Origin: Alphaproteobacteria bacterium
Lineage (GTDB): Bacteria; Pseudomonadota; Alphaproteobacteria; GCA-2731375
NCBI GenBank assembly: GCA_965232515.1
Contig: CBDDPY010000002.1
Span: forward strand, 5,376,001 to 5,440,000
Direction: 5' to 3'
Length of the DNA stretch: 64,000 bases
Position numbers and translations under genes: made by a program. The notes beneath the pieces were generated by a model that saw only the letters and a list, made by a program, of their open reading frames with translations, did no database searches and had not been told where the DNA came from. Below are positions 1-8,605 of the stretch, piece by piece. Each line of letters begins with the position of its first letter. Position 1 is the first letter of the stretch.

Positions 1-125
1 CTTCGGCACGACAGTTCCTCCCAGACATGGCGCCTGCCGCGATTATGGCATAGGCTTTTTCCCGTCTCTACTTGCACGCGCCCGGCCCGAAATCGTCGCG
101 TCGCGCCAGCCAGCCGGAAACCGCC

Positions 126-1502
126 ATGACCGCCTATCTCGATCACGTCGCTCAGTTCGCCGCCGAATTTCCAGACGCCGACATCCCCGATGACGTGCGC
201 GACCATACGCGGCTGGTGGTTGCCGATTGCGTCGCCGCCGTCGTCGGCGGCGCGGCCGAGCCGGAGGTCGCGGCCATGACGGCGCGGCTGCTGCCGGCGG
301 GGGCGGGCGGCCCGGCCTCGGTGCTGGGCGCCGGGCGCACGGCCGATCCGGCCAAGGCGGCGCTGATCAACGGCACCGCCGGCACGTTTCTCGAGATGGA
401 CGAGGGTAACCAGTATTGCCGCGGCCATCCCGGCATCCACACCGTGCCCGCCGCCATCGCCTGGGGCCAGGCGCATGGCGTCAGCGGGCCGTCGCTATTG
501 GCCGCAATCGTCATGGGCTACGAGATCGGCTCCCGCGTCGGCATCGCCGCGAACCTGCGGCCGACCATGCATCCGCACGGCACCTGGGGCGCGGTCTGCG
601 CCGCGGTCGCGGTCGGGCGGATGGCGGGCTACGACGCCGGCCGCATGCAAACGCTGTTGAACGTCTGCTCCAACATGGGCCTCGCGACCAGCCGGCGCAC
701 CATGCTCGAGGGCGGGACCGTGCGGAACATCTTCGCCGGCGTCGGCAACCAGATGGGCATCCTGGCGCACGATCTGGTCGAGGCCGGCTTCACCGGCGAG
801 AACGACGGCCTCGGCAATGTCTTCGGTAAGGTCGTCTCGGAAACCTTCGATGCGTCGGCCATGACCGAGGAACTTGGCAGCCGCTGGGAGATCGCCCGCA
901 ACTACTTCAAGGGCCATTCCTGCTGCCGCTACAACCACGCGTCATTGGACGCATTGGAGATGATCCTGGCCCAACGCCCCGGCGGCATCCGCGCCGAGGA
1001 GATCGACCGCGTCGAGGTCCAGACCTACTCGCTCGCCGTCGAGCTCGGCGACCAGAGCCCGCGCAACACGCTCGCCGGCAAGTTCTCGGTGCCGTTCGCC
1101 ATCGCCACCACGCTCATCAACGGCAACAGCGGCGTCGCCAGCTTCACCTGGGACGCCATCCGCAACGACGAGATCCAGGCGCTGGCGAAAAAGGTCGAGG
1201 TCCGCGAAGACCCCGCCATGACCGCCAAGATGCCCGACCTCCGCCCGGCCGCCGTCAAGGTGACGTTGACCGACGGCACCGCGTTGACGGCCGCGACGGA
1301 CACCAACAAGGGCGACTGGCAGGACCCCTACACCGAGCCCGAGCTCGCCGAAAAGTTCATGGCCCTCACCACCCGCCGCTGGACACCCGCCGGCGCCCAA
1401 GCCGTCCACGACGAAATCATGTCCCTGCGCAACGCCCCGTCGCTCGACCGACTGACGGCTCTGATCGAAAGCGCCGGCGATGCCACGGAGGCGGTGGCAT
1501 GA
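126..1502 (+). CDS. MmgE/PrpD family protein
   Basis: AALINGTAGTFLEMDEG, HPG, GYEIG, YFKGHSCCRYNH and KFSVPF motifs typical of MmgE/PrpD. Start moved to the ATG at 126. Confidence 0.9.
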   Translation: MTAYLDHVAQFAAEFPDADIPDDVRDHTRLVVADCVAAVVGGAAEPEVAAMTARLLPAGAGGPASVLGAGRTADPAKAALINGTAGTFLEMDEGNQYCRGHPGIHTVPAAIAWGQAHGVSGPSLLAAIVMGYEIGSRVGIAANLRPTMHPHGTWGAVCAAVAVGRMAGYDAGRMQTLLNVCSNMGLATSRRTMLEGGTVRNIFAGVGNQMGILAHDLVEAGFTGENDGLGNVFGKVVSETFDASAMTEELGSRWEIARNYFKGHSCCRYNHASLDALEMILAQRPGGIRAEEIDRVEVQTYSLAVELGDQSPRNTLAGKFSVPFAIATTLINGNSGVASFTWDAIRNDEIQALAKKVEVREDPAMTAKMPDLRPAAVKVTLTDGTALTAATDTNKGDWQDPYTEPELAEKFMALTTRRWTPAGAQAVHDEIMSLRNAPSLDRLTALIESAGDATEAVA

Positions 1503-1527
1503 CTGGCGGGTCATTGCACGATGGCCC

Positions 1528-1615
1528 TGGATGCCCGTGTCGAGCACGGGCATGACGTATTAGGGTGGTGATAGAGCACCCCTGCCGTCATTGCCGGGCT
1601 TGACCCGGCAATCCA
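1528..1615. repeat. Inverted pair of GTCAT-stem-ATCCA REP-like palindromes
   Basis: TGGATGCCCGTGTCGAGCACGGGCATGAC (1528-1556) and GTCATTGCCGGGCTTGACCCGGCAATCCA (1587-1615). Each forms its own hairpin, and the two are in opposite orientation. Confidence 0.8.
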
Positions 1616-1657
1616 GAAGCGGGCCACCTACCGCTCCAATCTGAACGAGGTCGTTTC

Positions 1658-2344
1658 ATGTCCACACCCGGTATCGACGAGAGCGATTACATCCGCGCCT
1701 TCATGACCGAGCGGCCGGTCGATTTCGGCGCGGCCGCGCTGATCGTCGTCGACATGCAATACGCCACCGGACATCGGGACGGCGCGCTCGGCCGGCGCAT
1801 GGCGGCCGAGGGCTCGAACGTCGCCGGCTACCGCTTCGACCGCATCGAGACCAAGGTGGTGCCGAACATCAAGCGGCTGCTGGACGACTTTCGCGCGCGT
1901 GGCGGCGCCGTCGTCTACCTGACCGTCGGCGCGCGCAACCGCGATTGCTCGGACGCGCCGCCGCACATGAAGAAACTGTTCGTGTCATTGGATAATTTCG
2001 AAGGCAGCCGCGACCACGAGATCATCGACGAGCTGAAGCCCGAACCGGGCGAAGCCGTGATCAACAAGACCTCGATCGGCGCCTTTGCGTCGACCGGCAT
2101 CGACCACCTGCTGCGGTCCTTGGGCAAAAGTCAGCTCTACATATCCGGCGTTTCGACCAACATGTGCGTCGACACCACGGCCCGCGAGGCCGCTGACCGG
2201 GGCTACAAGGTAACGCTCATCGAGGATGCCTGCGCCACCACGCACGAAGACCTGCACAACGCCACCATCACCAATTTCCAGCGCCTTTTCGGCCGCGTGA
2301 TCTCGACCGACGACGCGCTGACGGAATTGCAGTCCGGAGCGTGA
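1658..2344 (+). CDS. Isochorismatase family cysteine hydrolase
   Basis: ALIVVDMQ, INKTSIGAFAST and GVSTNMCVDTTAR give the D-K-C triad. Confidence 0.9.
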   Translation: MSTPGIDESDYIRAFMTERPVDFGAAALIVVDMQYATGHRDGALGRRMAAEGSNVAGYRFDRIETKVVPNIKRLLDDFRARGGAVVYLTVGARNRDCSDAPPHMKKLFVSLDNFEGSRDHEIIDELKPEPGEAVINKTSIGAFASTGIDHLLRSLGKSQLYISGVSTNMCVDTTAREAADRGYKVTLIEDACATTHEDLHNATITNFQRLFGRVISTDDALTELQSGA

Positions 2345-2345
2345 G

Positions 2346-2379
2346 AAAACGTTCGGGGAGGGTACGACCTCCCCGAACG
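2346..2379 (-). terminator. Intrinsic terminator hairpin between convergent genes
   Basis: 12-bp stem CGTTCGGGGAGG/CCTCCCCGAACG with an AAAA flank (U-tract on the minus strand). A second hairpin lies at 2395-2423. Confidence 0.55.
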
Positions 2380-2511
2380 GATCGGCAAAACGCAGAGCGG
2401 TTCCGCGCGAGGCGGAACCGCTCCAGGCCGCGACTGCGGCCCGCCGGCTTATCCGGCGCGCCCGTGCAGGCGCGGACCGTCAGGTCCGCTGCCGTGAGCG
2501 CAAACCACGAC

Positions 2512-3000
2512 CTAAAGGTCCCGCGCCGCGGTGTGCACGATCTTCGGCCAGTTGCCCTCGGCCTTGTCGATGTTGCCGTCGACGTCTTTCAGGAAGGTGG
2601 CGTAGATCTCCTCGTTCAGGTTCAGATACAGCTTGCCATCCTCGATCTTCCACAGATTCGGATCGCCGTCGAACTTCTTGCCGACGGAGACGCCGTAGGC
2701 GCAAAAGCCGCCGTACTGCGGCAGGTAGCGGCCGGGGTTTTGCGCGAAGGCGTCGAGATGCTGCTGGCTGCTGAAGCGGTAGGCGGCGCCGTCATGCACG
2801 TGCACGAACGCGTCCGAGCCGCGCATCGGCTTGCCCACGGTGAAATAGGCGACCGCGTCGTAGCCGTGCAAGGCCAGCGGCGCGCCGCTGATCGACAGGC
2901 CCGGCACCACGTTCAGTTCGTCGGCCGCCTGGGCCGGCGCCGTGGCGCCGATCAGAGCGGCCGAGACAAGGGCGGCGGTAGCGAGTTTCGTAAACAACAT
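2512..3000 (-). CDS. Secreted YHS-domain protein
   Basis: Signal peptide (..AQA), GYDAVAYF, YRFSS, YLPQYGGFCAYG, DPNLWKIEDGKLYLN. Confidence 0.85.
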   Translation of the reverse strand: MLFTKLATAALVSAALIGATAPAQAADELNVVPGLSISGAPLALHGYDAVAYFTVGKPMRGSDAFVHVHDGAAYRFSSQQHLDAFAQNPGRYLPQYGGFCAYGVSVGKKFDGDPNLWKIEDGKLYLNLNEEIYATFLKDVDGNIDKAEGNWPKIVHTAARDL

Positions 3001-3146
3001 AATCGTTCTCCCAACGGTTTCGGTTGCCGCCGGCGGATCGTGCCGGCATGGGCACAGGTTGGGAGAGGGGGCTGATCAGACAAGAAAGAGACATATAATT
3101 GGTCTGAACGGCATCGTCTTCAGGACGATATGCAAAGTAATCTATA

Positions 3147-4079
3147 TCAGGCCGCCTCGCGGCGCACGTCGCGCGGGCTGCGGCCGTAGCGGTTGGCGAA
3201 GGCGCGCGAGAAGGCGGCCGGCGACTGATAGCCGACCCGGGCCGCGACCGCCTGGATCGGCTCGGCGGTGCCGGTCAGCAGCTGCACCGCCTTCTGCAGC
3301 CGGAGATCGGTCAGATAGGCCATCGGCGCCGCGCCCATCAGCGCCTGAAATCGGTCGGCGAAGCGGCTGCGCGACATGCCGGCCGCCGCGGCGAGGCCGT
3401 CGAGCGTCCAGCCCGTCTCGATCTGCCGGTGCATGTGGCCGAGCGCGCGCCCGATGCGCGGGTCGGCCAGCGCCTCGATCATCTTCGCCAAAGCCGGATC
3501 CTGGCCGGCGCAGGCGCGGATCACCTCGATGAACAGCGCCTCCGACAGGCGCATCACCGACGTCGTGAAGCCCGGTTCGCCCGCAAACATCTGTCGTGTG
3601 ATCAGCCGCATCAGCTCGTCGAGCCAGGGCTCCGCCAGCCGCACGTCGGCCGTCACCAGCAGGTGGTCGGGCAGCGCCCTGAGCAAGGCATGGTCGCCGT
3701 GGCCGGCGAAGTCGAAATGGCCGCAGATCAGCTTGGTGTCAGCGTCCGGCCGCGGCTCGCCGCCATAGACGAGCAGCCCGTCGCCGCCATAACCCGCGCG
3801 CTCGAGCACGGTCTCGAGCGGCGCCGGCGCGGCGTCCGGCCGGTCGCTCAAGACATGCGCTGCGCCGTTCGGAATGACGATCATGTCGCCGGGGTTCAAC
3901 GCCACGATATCGCCGTCCTCGCCGATCCGCACATGGCAGCGCCCCTGCACGGCGAGATGAAACCGCGCCGCCCGCCCATAGGCCGGCACCGCCACCGACC
4001 AGGGCGGCGAGAAGGCCGTGCGGAAATAGAGCGTGCCGCGCAGCTGCAGCAGGTCGAGGATATCGCTTAAGGCATCCAT
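3147..4079 (-). CDS. AraC family transcriptional regulator with N-terminal cupin domain
   Basis: MDALSDILDLLQLRG start, cupin FHLAVQG, C-terminal double HTH (WTLDGLAAAAGMSRSRF; VGYQSPAAFSRAF). Confidence 0.9.
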   Translation of the reverse strand: MDALSDILDLLQLRGTLYFRTAFSPPWSVAVPAYGRAARFHLAVQGRCHVRIGEDGDIVALNPGDMIVIPNGAAHVLSDRPDAAPAPLETVLERAGYGGDGLLVYGGEPRPDADTKLICGHFDFAGHGDHALLRALPDHLLVTADVRLAEPWLDELMRLITRQMFAGEPGFTTSVMRLSEALFIEVIRACAGQDPALAKMIEALADPRIGRALGHMHRQIETGWTLDGLAAAAGMSRSRFADRFQALMGAAPMAYLTDLRLQKAVQLLTGTAEPIQAVAARVGYQSPAAFSRAFANRYGRSPRDVRREAA

Positions 4080-4240
4080 TTGCTGATCGTCCCATAGAGC
4101 CAGACGATCAGGTAAGCATTCAGGCGCCGAATTTCGAGTCCGTGCCGCCGTTCGGCAAAGAAATCTCCACGAAACCTCCACGCCGTCTTCAAGCATCGCC
4201 GTTCGCGCCGTCATAGCGTCGGGGCTACCGGTCCACCGTC

Positions 4241-4328
4241 GGATCGGTCGAATTCCACGGTTTCGGCGGTTCGTTTCGACGCCGAAACAAACGCTCTTTC
4301 ACACGGCGGGGCGTCATCTTGCCGACAT
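4241..4328 (+). promoter_or_regulatory. Conserved upstream motif, copy A
   Basis: AATTCCACGGTTTCGGCGGTTCGTTTCGACGC is closely similar to 6327-6357. ACG triplets at 4257/4279/4291/4303. Confidence 0.55.
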
Positions 4329-4410
4329 TGGCCGCGCGCATCGACCGGGGTTCCGGCGCGGCGCGACGGCAGCACCGCCGGCTCCGACAATTCCACTTCA
4401 GGAGGATGAC

Positions 4411-5469
4411 ATGCCTATCGATCAAGCCAAGCTCGAAGCCTTCGGCGGCCAGATGGTCAACGATCTCGCCGCTGCCTATTCCGGCGTCATGACCAATATC
4501 GGCCACAAACTCGGCCTTTACCGGGCGCTCGCCGGCGCCGGGCCCATGACCTCGGTCGAGCTCGCCGACAAGACCGGCACGCTCGAGCGCTATGTGCGCG
4601 AATGGCTGAACAACCAGGCCGCGGGCGGCTACGTGACCTACGACCCGGCGACGCGCGCCTATACGCTGCCGGACGAGCACGCGCTGATGCTGGCCGATGC
4701 CGACAGCGAGGTTTTCATGGCGCCGGCATTCGACGTCGTCTCCTCGATCTGGCACGACGAGGACATGGTGGCCGAGGCTTTCCAGTCGGGCCGCGGCATC
4801 GGCTGGCACGAGCATGACGGCCGGCTGTTCTGCGGCGTCGAGGCCTTCTTCCGGCCGGGCTACAAGGCGAACCTGACCACGACCTGGATTCCGGCGCTGA
4901 CCGGCGTCGAGAAGAAGCTCTGCGCCGGCGGCCACGTCGCTGACATCGGCTGCGGCCACGGCGCCTCGACCGTGATCATGGCCCAGGCCTATCCGAACTC
5001 GACCTTCCGCGGTTTCGACTACCATGCCGGTTCGATCGAGGTTGCACGGCAGCGGGCCGACGAGGCCGGCGTCGCCGACCGTGTCAGCTTCGAGGTCGCC
5101 AGCGCCAAGACCTATGACGGCGGCGACTACGATCTCGTCTGCTTCATGGATTGCTTTCACGATCTCGGCGATCCCCTGGGCGCGGCCCGGCACACCCGCC
5201 GCCGGCTCGCCCGCGGCGGCACGGTGCTGATGGTCGAGCCGTTCGCCAACGATAACCTCGAGGACAACCTGAACCCGGTCGGCCGGCTCTACTACGCGGC
5301 CTCGACCGCGATCTGCACGCCGAACTCGTTGTCGCAGGAGGTCGGGCTGGGGCTCGGCGCCCAGGCCGGCGAGGCCCGGCTCAGCGACGTGCTGCGCGAG
5401 GCCGGCTTCGGCCATATCCGCCGCGCCCACGAAACCCCGTTCAACATCATCCTGGAGGCGCGCGTCTGA
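4411..5469 (+). CDS. Class I SAM-dependent methyltransferase with N-terminal winged-helix region
   Basis: VADIGCGHG motif I, FMDCFHDLGDP, N-terminal ELADKTGTLERYVREWL. RBS AGGAGG upstream. Confidence 0.9.
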   Translation: MPIDQAKLEAFGGQMVNDLAAAYSGVMTNIGHKLGLYRALAGAGPMTSVELADKTGTLERYVREWLNNQAAGGYVTYDPATRAYTLPDEHALMLADADSEVFMAPAFDVVSSIWHDEDMVAEAFQSGRGIGWHEHDGRLFCGVEAFFRPGYKANLTTTWIPALTGVEKKLCAGGHVADIGCGHGASTVIMAQAYPNSTFRGFDYHAGSIEVARQRADEAGVADRVSFEVASAKTYDGGDYDLVCFMDCFHDLGDPLGAARHTRRRLARGGTVLMVEPFANDNLEDNLNPVGRLYYAASTAICTPNSLSQEVGLGLGAQAGEARLSDVLREAGFGHIRRAHETPFNIILEARV

Positions 5470-5502
5470 GCGCGTCCCACGACCCCGAAAGGAATCTTCG
5501 AT

Positions 5503-6219
5503 ATGACTCTTCGCAACAAGCTGCTGGCGACGGCGTTCGTCGCCGGCCTCGCGACGGCGCCGGCGCAGGCCAACCAGTCGGGCTACGACGCGCCGGTCGA
5601 GCTCGACATCACCTTCGTCTTCCACATCGACGACAACCTGCCCGAGCAGGACGTCTTCGTCGAGCGCGGCCGCGGCGCGAACGAGGTCTTCCGCCCGACG
5701 CGCGGCGACCGTGACCTGAACCGGCCGCTCTATGCATCGGCGACGCCGCTGAAGCATCAGCCCTTCGACGCCGACGCGGTCGGCCCCTGGCCGAAAGGCA
5801 AGGCGCTCGGCCTGACGTTGCGTGAATGGCTGCAGGCGGCTGGCGCCGGGCGCTATAGCTGTCGCGACGGCGAGGGCCATATCGCCGTCGACTTCACCGG
5901 CCTGGTGCCCGATGGCGTCTACACCATGTGGCATTACTTCATGGCCTGGCCGCCGACCGAGCCGTTCATCGGCACCTACGACCTGCCGCTCGGCAGCCGC
6001 GACGGCGCGCAGTCCGTGTTCACCGCCGACGCCAAGGGCGACGCCCGCTTCGAGCAGCGGTTCAAGCCCTGTCTGCAGCTCACCGGCGAGCATCTCGCCG
6101 CCGGCCTCGCCATCGCCTGGCACAGCGACGGCAAGACCTATGGCGTGAAGCCGGGCGACTTCGCCACGGTCTCGCACATCCAGCTCTATACCGGCCTGCC
6201 GCAACGCGCCGGCATGTAA
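5503..6219 (+). CDS. Secreted protein of unknown function, paralog 1
   Basis: Signal peptide ending AQA, RBS GAAAGGA. Strongly similar to 6454-7230. Confidence 0.8.
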   Translation: MTLRNKLLATAFVAGLATAPAQANQSGYDAPVELDITFVFHIDDNLPEQDVFVERGRGANEVFRPTRGDRDLNRPLYASATPLKHQPFDADAVGPWPKGKALGLTLREWLQAAGAGRYSCRDGEGHIAVDFTGLVPDGVYTMWHYFMAWPPTEPFIGTYDLPLGSRDGAQSVFTADAKGDARFEQRFKPCLQLTGEHLAAGLAIAWHSDGKTYGVKPGDFATVSHIQLYTGLPQRAGM

Positions 6220-6228
6220 GGCTGGTCA

Positions 6229-6281
6229 CGGCCGCCGCCGGTCCGGAATCTCCCAGCGGACCGGCGGCGGCCGAATTTTTT
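6229..6281 (+). terminator. Intrinsic terminator
   Basis: 17-bp stem CGGCCGCCGCCGGTCCG/CGGACCGGCGGCGGCCG followed by AATTTTTT. Confidence 0.75.
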
Positions 6282-6317
6282 GTGGCCTCACAATTTCGTT
6301 ATCCCGCGCCGGCGCCA

Positions 6318-6403
6318 GGATCACTCAATTCAACGGTTTCAGGGTTCTTTTCGACGCTTTCACCTACGCGCGCTCCAACGCCGCGTCCCCATGTTGGCAG
6401 CAT
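6318..6403 (+). promoter_or_regulatory. Conserved upstream motif, copy B
   Basis: AATTCAACGGTTTCAGGGTTCTTTTCGACGC. ACG triplets at 6333/6354/6366/6378, essentially the same spacing as copy A. Confidence 0.55.
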
Positions 6404-6453
6404 CGGCGGCGCGCCTCACCCGCGCGTCCCGCAACCCGAAAGGAACCTTTGAG

Positions 6454-7230
6454 ATGACACTTCACAATAAACTGCTGGCGACCGCGTTCGCCGTCGGCGT
6501 CGCCGCGGCCTACGGGGCCGGCGCCACGCCGGCGCAGGCCAACGCCGGCGGCATCGAAGCCACCGCCAAGGCCGCCGCAAAGGCGAAGCAGGCCTACGAC
6601 GCGCCCGTCGAGCTCGATGTCAATTTCGTGTTCCACATCGACAACAACCTGCCGGAACAGGACGTCTTCGTCGCGCGCACGCCCGGTTCGGATCAGGTCT
6701 ACCGGCCAAACGCCGGCGAGCGCGATCTCGACCAGCCGCTCTATGCCGCCGCCAGGAAGGTAAAGCGCGATCCGTTCGACGACGCCGCGGTCGGTCCCTG
6801 GCCCAAGGGCAAGGCGCTCGGCCTGACGCTCAGCGACTGGCTGCAGGCCACCGGCGCCGGGCGCTATACCTGCCGCGACGGCGAGGGTCATATCGAGGTC
6901 GAGTTCGCCGGCCTGGTGCCGGACGGCGTCTACACCATGTGGCACTACTTCGTCGCCTGGCCGCCAACCGACCCGTTCATCGGCGCCTATTCGCTGCCGC
7001 TCGGCAGCCGCGACGGCGCGCAATCCATCTTCACCGCCGACGCCAAGGGCGACGCCCGCTTCGAGCGCCGCTTCAGGCCCTGCCTGCAGCTGACCGGCGA
7101 GCATCTCGCCGCCGGCCTCGCCATCGCCTGGCACAGCGACGGCAAGACCTACGGCGCGCGGCCGGGTGACCTGACCACGGTCTCGCACATCCAGCTCTAC
7201 AGCCGCCTGCCGCAACGTGCCGGCATGTAA
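6454..7230 (+). CDS. Secreted protein of unknown function, paralog 2
   Basis: MTLHNKLLATAF start with the same RBS context as paralog 1. Same C-terminus LPQRAGM. Confidence 0.8.
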   Translation: MTLHNKLLATAFAVGVAAAYGAGATPAQANAGGIEATAKAAAKAKQAYDAPVELDVNFVFHIDNNLPEQDVFVARTPGSDQVYRPNAGERDLDQPLYAAARKVKRDPFDDAAVGPWPKGKALGLTLSDWLQATGAGRYTCRDGEGHIEVEFAGLVPDGVYTMWHYFVAWPPTDPFIGAYSLPLGSRDGAQSIFTADAKGDARFERRFRPCLQLTGEHLAAGLAIAWHSDGKTYGARPGDLTTVSHIQLYSRLPQRAGM

Positions 7231-7240
7231 CGCCGGCCCA

Positions 7241-7283
7241 GGCCGCCGCCGGGCCGAGTTCTCCTGACGGCCCGGCGGCGGCC
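7241..7283 (+). terminator. Terminator-like hairpin, duplicate of 6229-6273
   Basis: 16-bp stem GGCCGCCGCCGGGCCG/CGGCCCGGCGGCGGCC. No clear U-tract. Confidence 0.55.
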
Positions 7284-7302
7284 GCCATCTCCGAGCTGCG
7301 CT

Positions 7303-7395
7303 AATTCCGGGGACAGTAACCATAACTCCTTCGATTCTGACAAATAATTAGAGTTACTGTCCCCGGAATTAATTTCGGTGACAGTAACTCTAATT
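7303..7395. repeat. Triad 1 of 25-bp GACAGTA-core repeat (fwd/rev/fwd)
   Basis: Copies at 7303-7327 (+), 7346-7370 (-), 7371-7395 (+). Confidence 0.9.
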
Positions 7396-7457
7396 CGAAT
7401 GGCTTCGGCGCGTCGCGCCGGTCGATCGTCGCGGCGCGTCGGGCGCGCAGTTGCTGG

Positions 7458-8336
7458 TTACCGCGGTTCCCAGACCGTGTTGCCGGCGGCCTCGATCGCC
7501 AATCGGACCGGCGCGCTGTGCGGCCGCCCGCCGACGCTGACCAGGCAGATCGTGCGCGAGACCTCGGGCTCGACCAGCGGGCGCGTCGGCAGCGCCGGCA
7601 GGATCGGCAGGTAGGCCGGCATCATCGCGACGCCGAAGCCGGCCTGCACCATGGCCTGCACCCAGTCCTCGCGCTCGCTGACATAACGCACGCTGACCGA
7701 TTCATAGGGCGGCGCCGTGCCGAGCTTCGCGAAGTTCGCGGGAAACTCGCAATGCAGCCGCTTCACATAGGGTTCGCCATCCAGCTCGCGCATCGGCACG
7801 GCCTCCATGGCCTCGAAGCGGTGTCCGGGCGGAAACGCCACCCGATACGGCTCGCGCATCAGCTCCCGCGTCCGCAGGCTGTCGTCATATCCCGGCAGGC
7901 TCATGATGGCGAGGTCGATCTCGCCGGTTTTCAGGGCCTGATCCAGCTCCGCGCAGTGGCTTTCCCAGATCCACATCTCCAGGTCCGGCGCGGCCGCCCG
8001 CAGATTGTCGAGATACTGGATCAGCGGTGTCGCCGGCATGGTTGTCATCACGCCCAGCTTCAGCCTGTCGGCCAGCCGCCGATAGCGTTGGGCCGCCTGC
8101 TGCGCCGCATCGATATTCTGCTGCGCCTCGGCCAGATGCTGCTGCATCAGGCGTCCGAGGTCGCTGAGGCTGATGATATGCCGTTCGCGGCGGAAGAGCG
8201 CGCCGCCGACCTCTTCCTCCAGCGCCTTGATCGCCCGTGTCAATGTCGGCACCGCGACGCCGCAGGCCTCCGCCGCGCGGGTAAAATTCAGGCTGTCGCA
8301 GGCCGTCAGAAAGTAGCGGATCTGACGCGCTTCCAT
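7458..8336 (-). CDS. LysR family transcriptional regulator
   Basis: N-terminal HTH LNFTRAAEACGVAVPTLTRAIKALEEE plus a substrate-binding domain. Confidence 0.92.
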   Translation of the reverse strand: MEARQIRYFLTACDSLNFTRAAEACGVAVPTLTRAIKALEEEVGGALFRRERHIISLSDLGRLMQQHLAEAQQNIDAAQQAAQRYRRLADRLKLGVMTTMPATPLIQYLDNLRAAAPDLEMWIWESHCAELDQALKTGEIDLAIMSLPGYDDSLRTRELMREPYRVAFPPGHRFEAMEAVPMRELDGEPYVKRLHCEFPANFAKLGTAPPYESVSVRYVSEREDWVQAMVQAGFGVAMMPAYLPILPALPTRPLVEPEVSRTICLVSVGGRPHSAPVRLAIEAAGNTVWEPR

Positions 8337-8426
8337 CGGTAGACCCCAACGTCACGTTCACCCCTGGCTGCGCGCGGCCGTCCCCATGGCCGCGGCAGAG
8401 ATCTACGCCCGGTTCGCGCAGACATC

Positions 8427-8441
8427 TTGCACATCATGCAA
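8427..8441. promoter_or_regulatory. Putative LysR T-N11-A operator
   Basis: Palindrome TTGCA-CATCA-TGCAA in the divergent LysR/PEP-CTERM intergenic region. Confidence 0.35.
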
Positions 8442-8605
8442 CGAAACGTTGCCTTCGGCGACTCTGTTCGATGCCAACGATGGATGGCATGTATCCGTGC
8501 GAGGCGCGACCCGCGGGGACATGGGCCGTCGTTCGAAAACCGCCAACCCGATCCGGTGGACCGGTGTCCGCCGACAGTATTGACCAAAACCAGGAGATTG
8601 GCGTT

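Noticed and set aside
2512-3000. Selenoprotein in the YHS gene (also checked msrB)
   Set aside because: The relevant positions are Cys codons, and there is no in-frame TGA.
8485-8500. Sigma-54 promoter TGGCAT...GTGC before the PEP-CTERM gene
   Set aside because: The GG-to-GC spacing is 11 bp, not the required 10.
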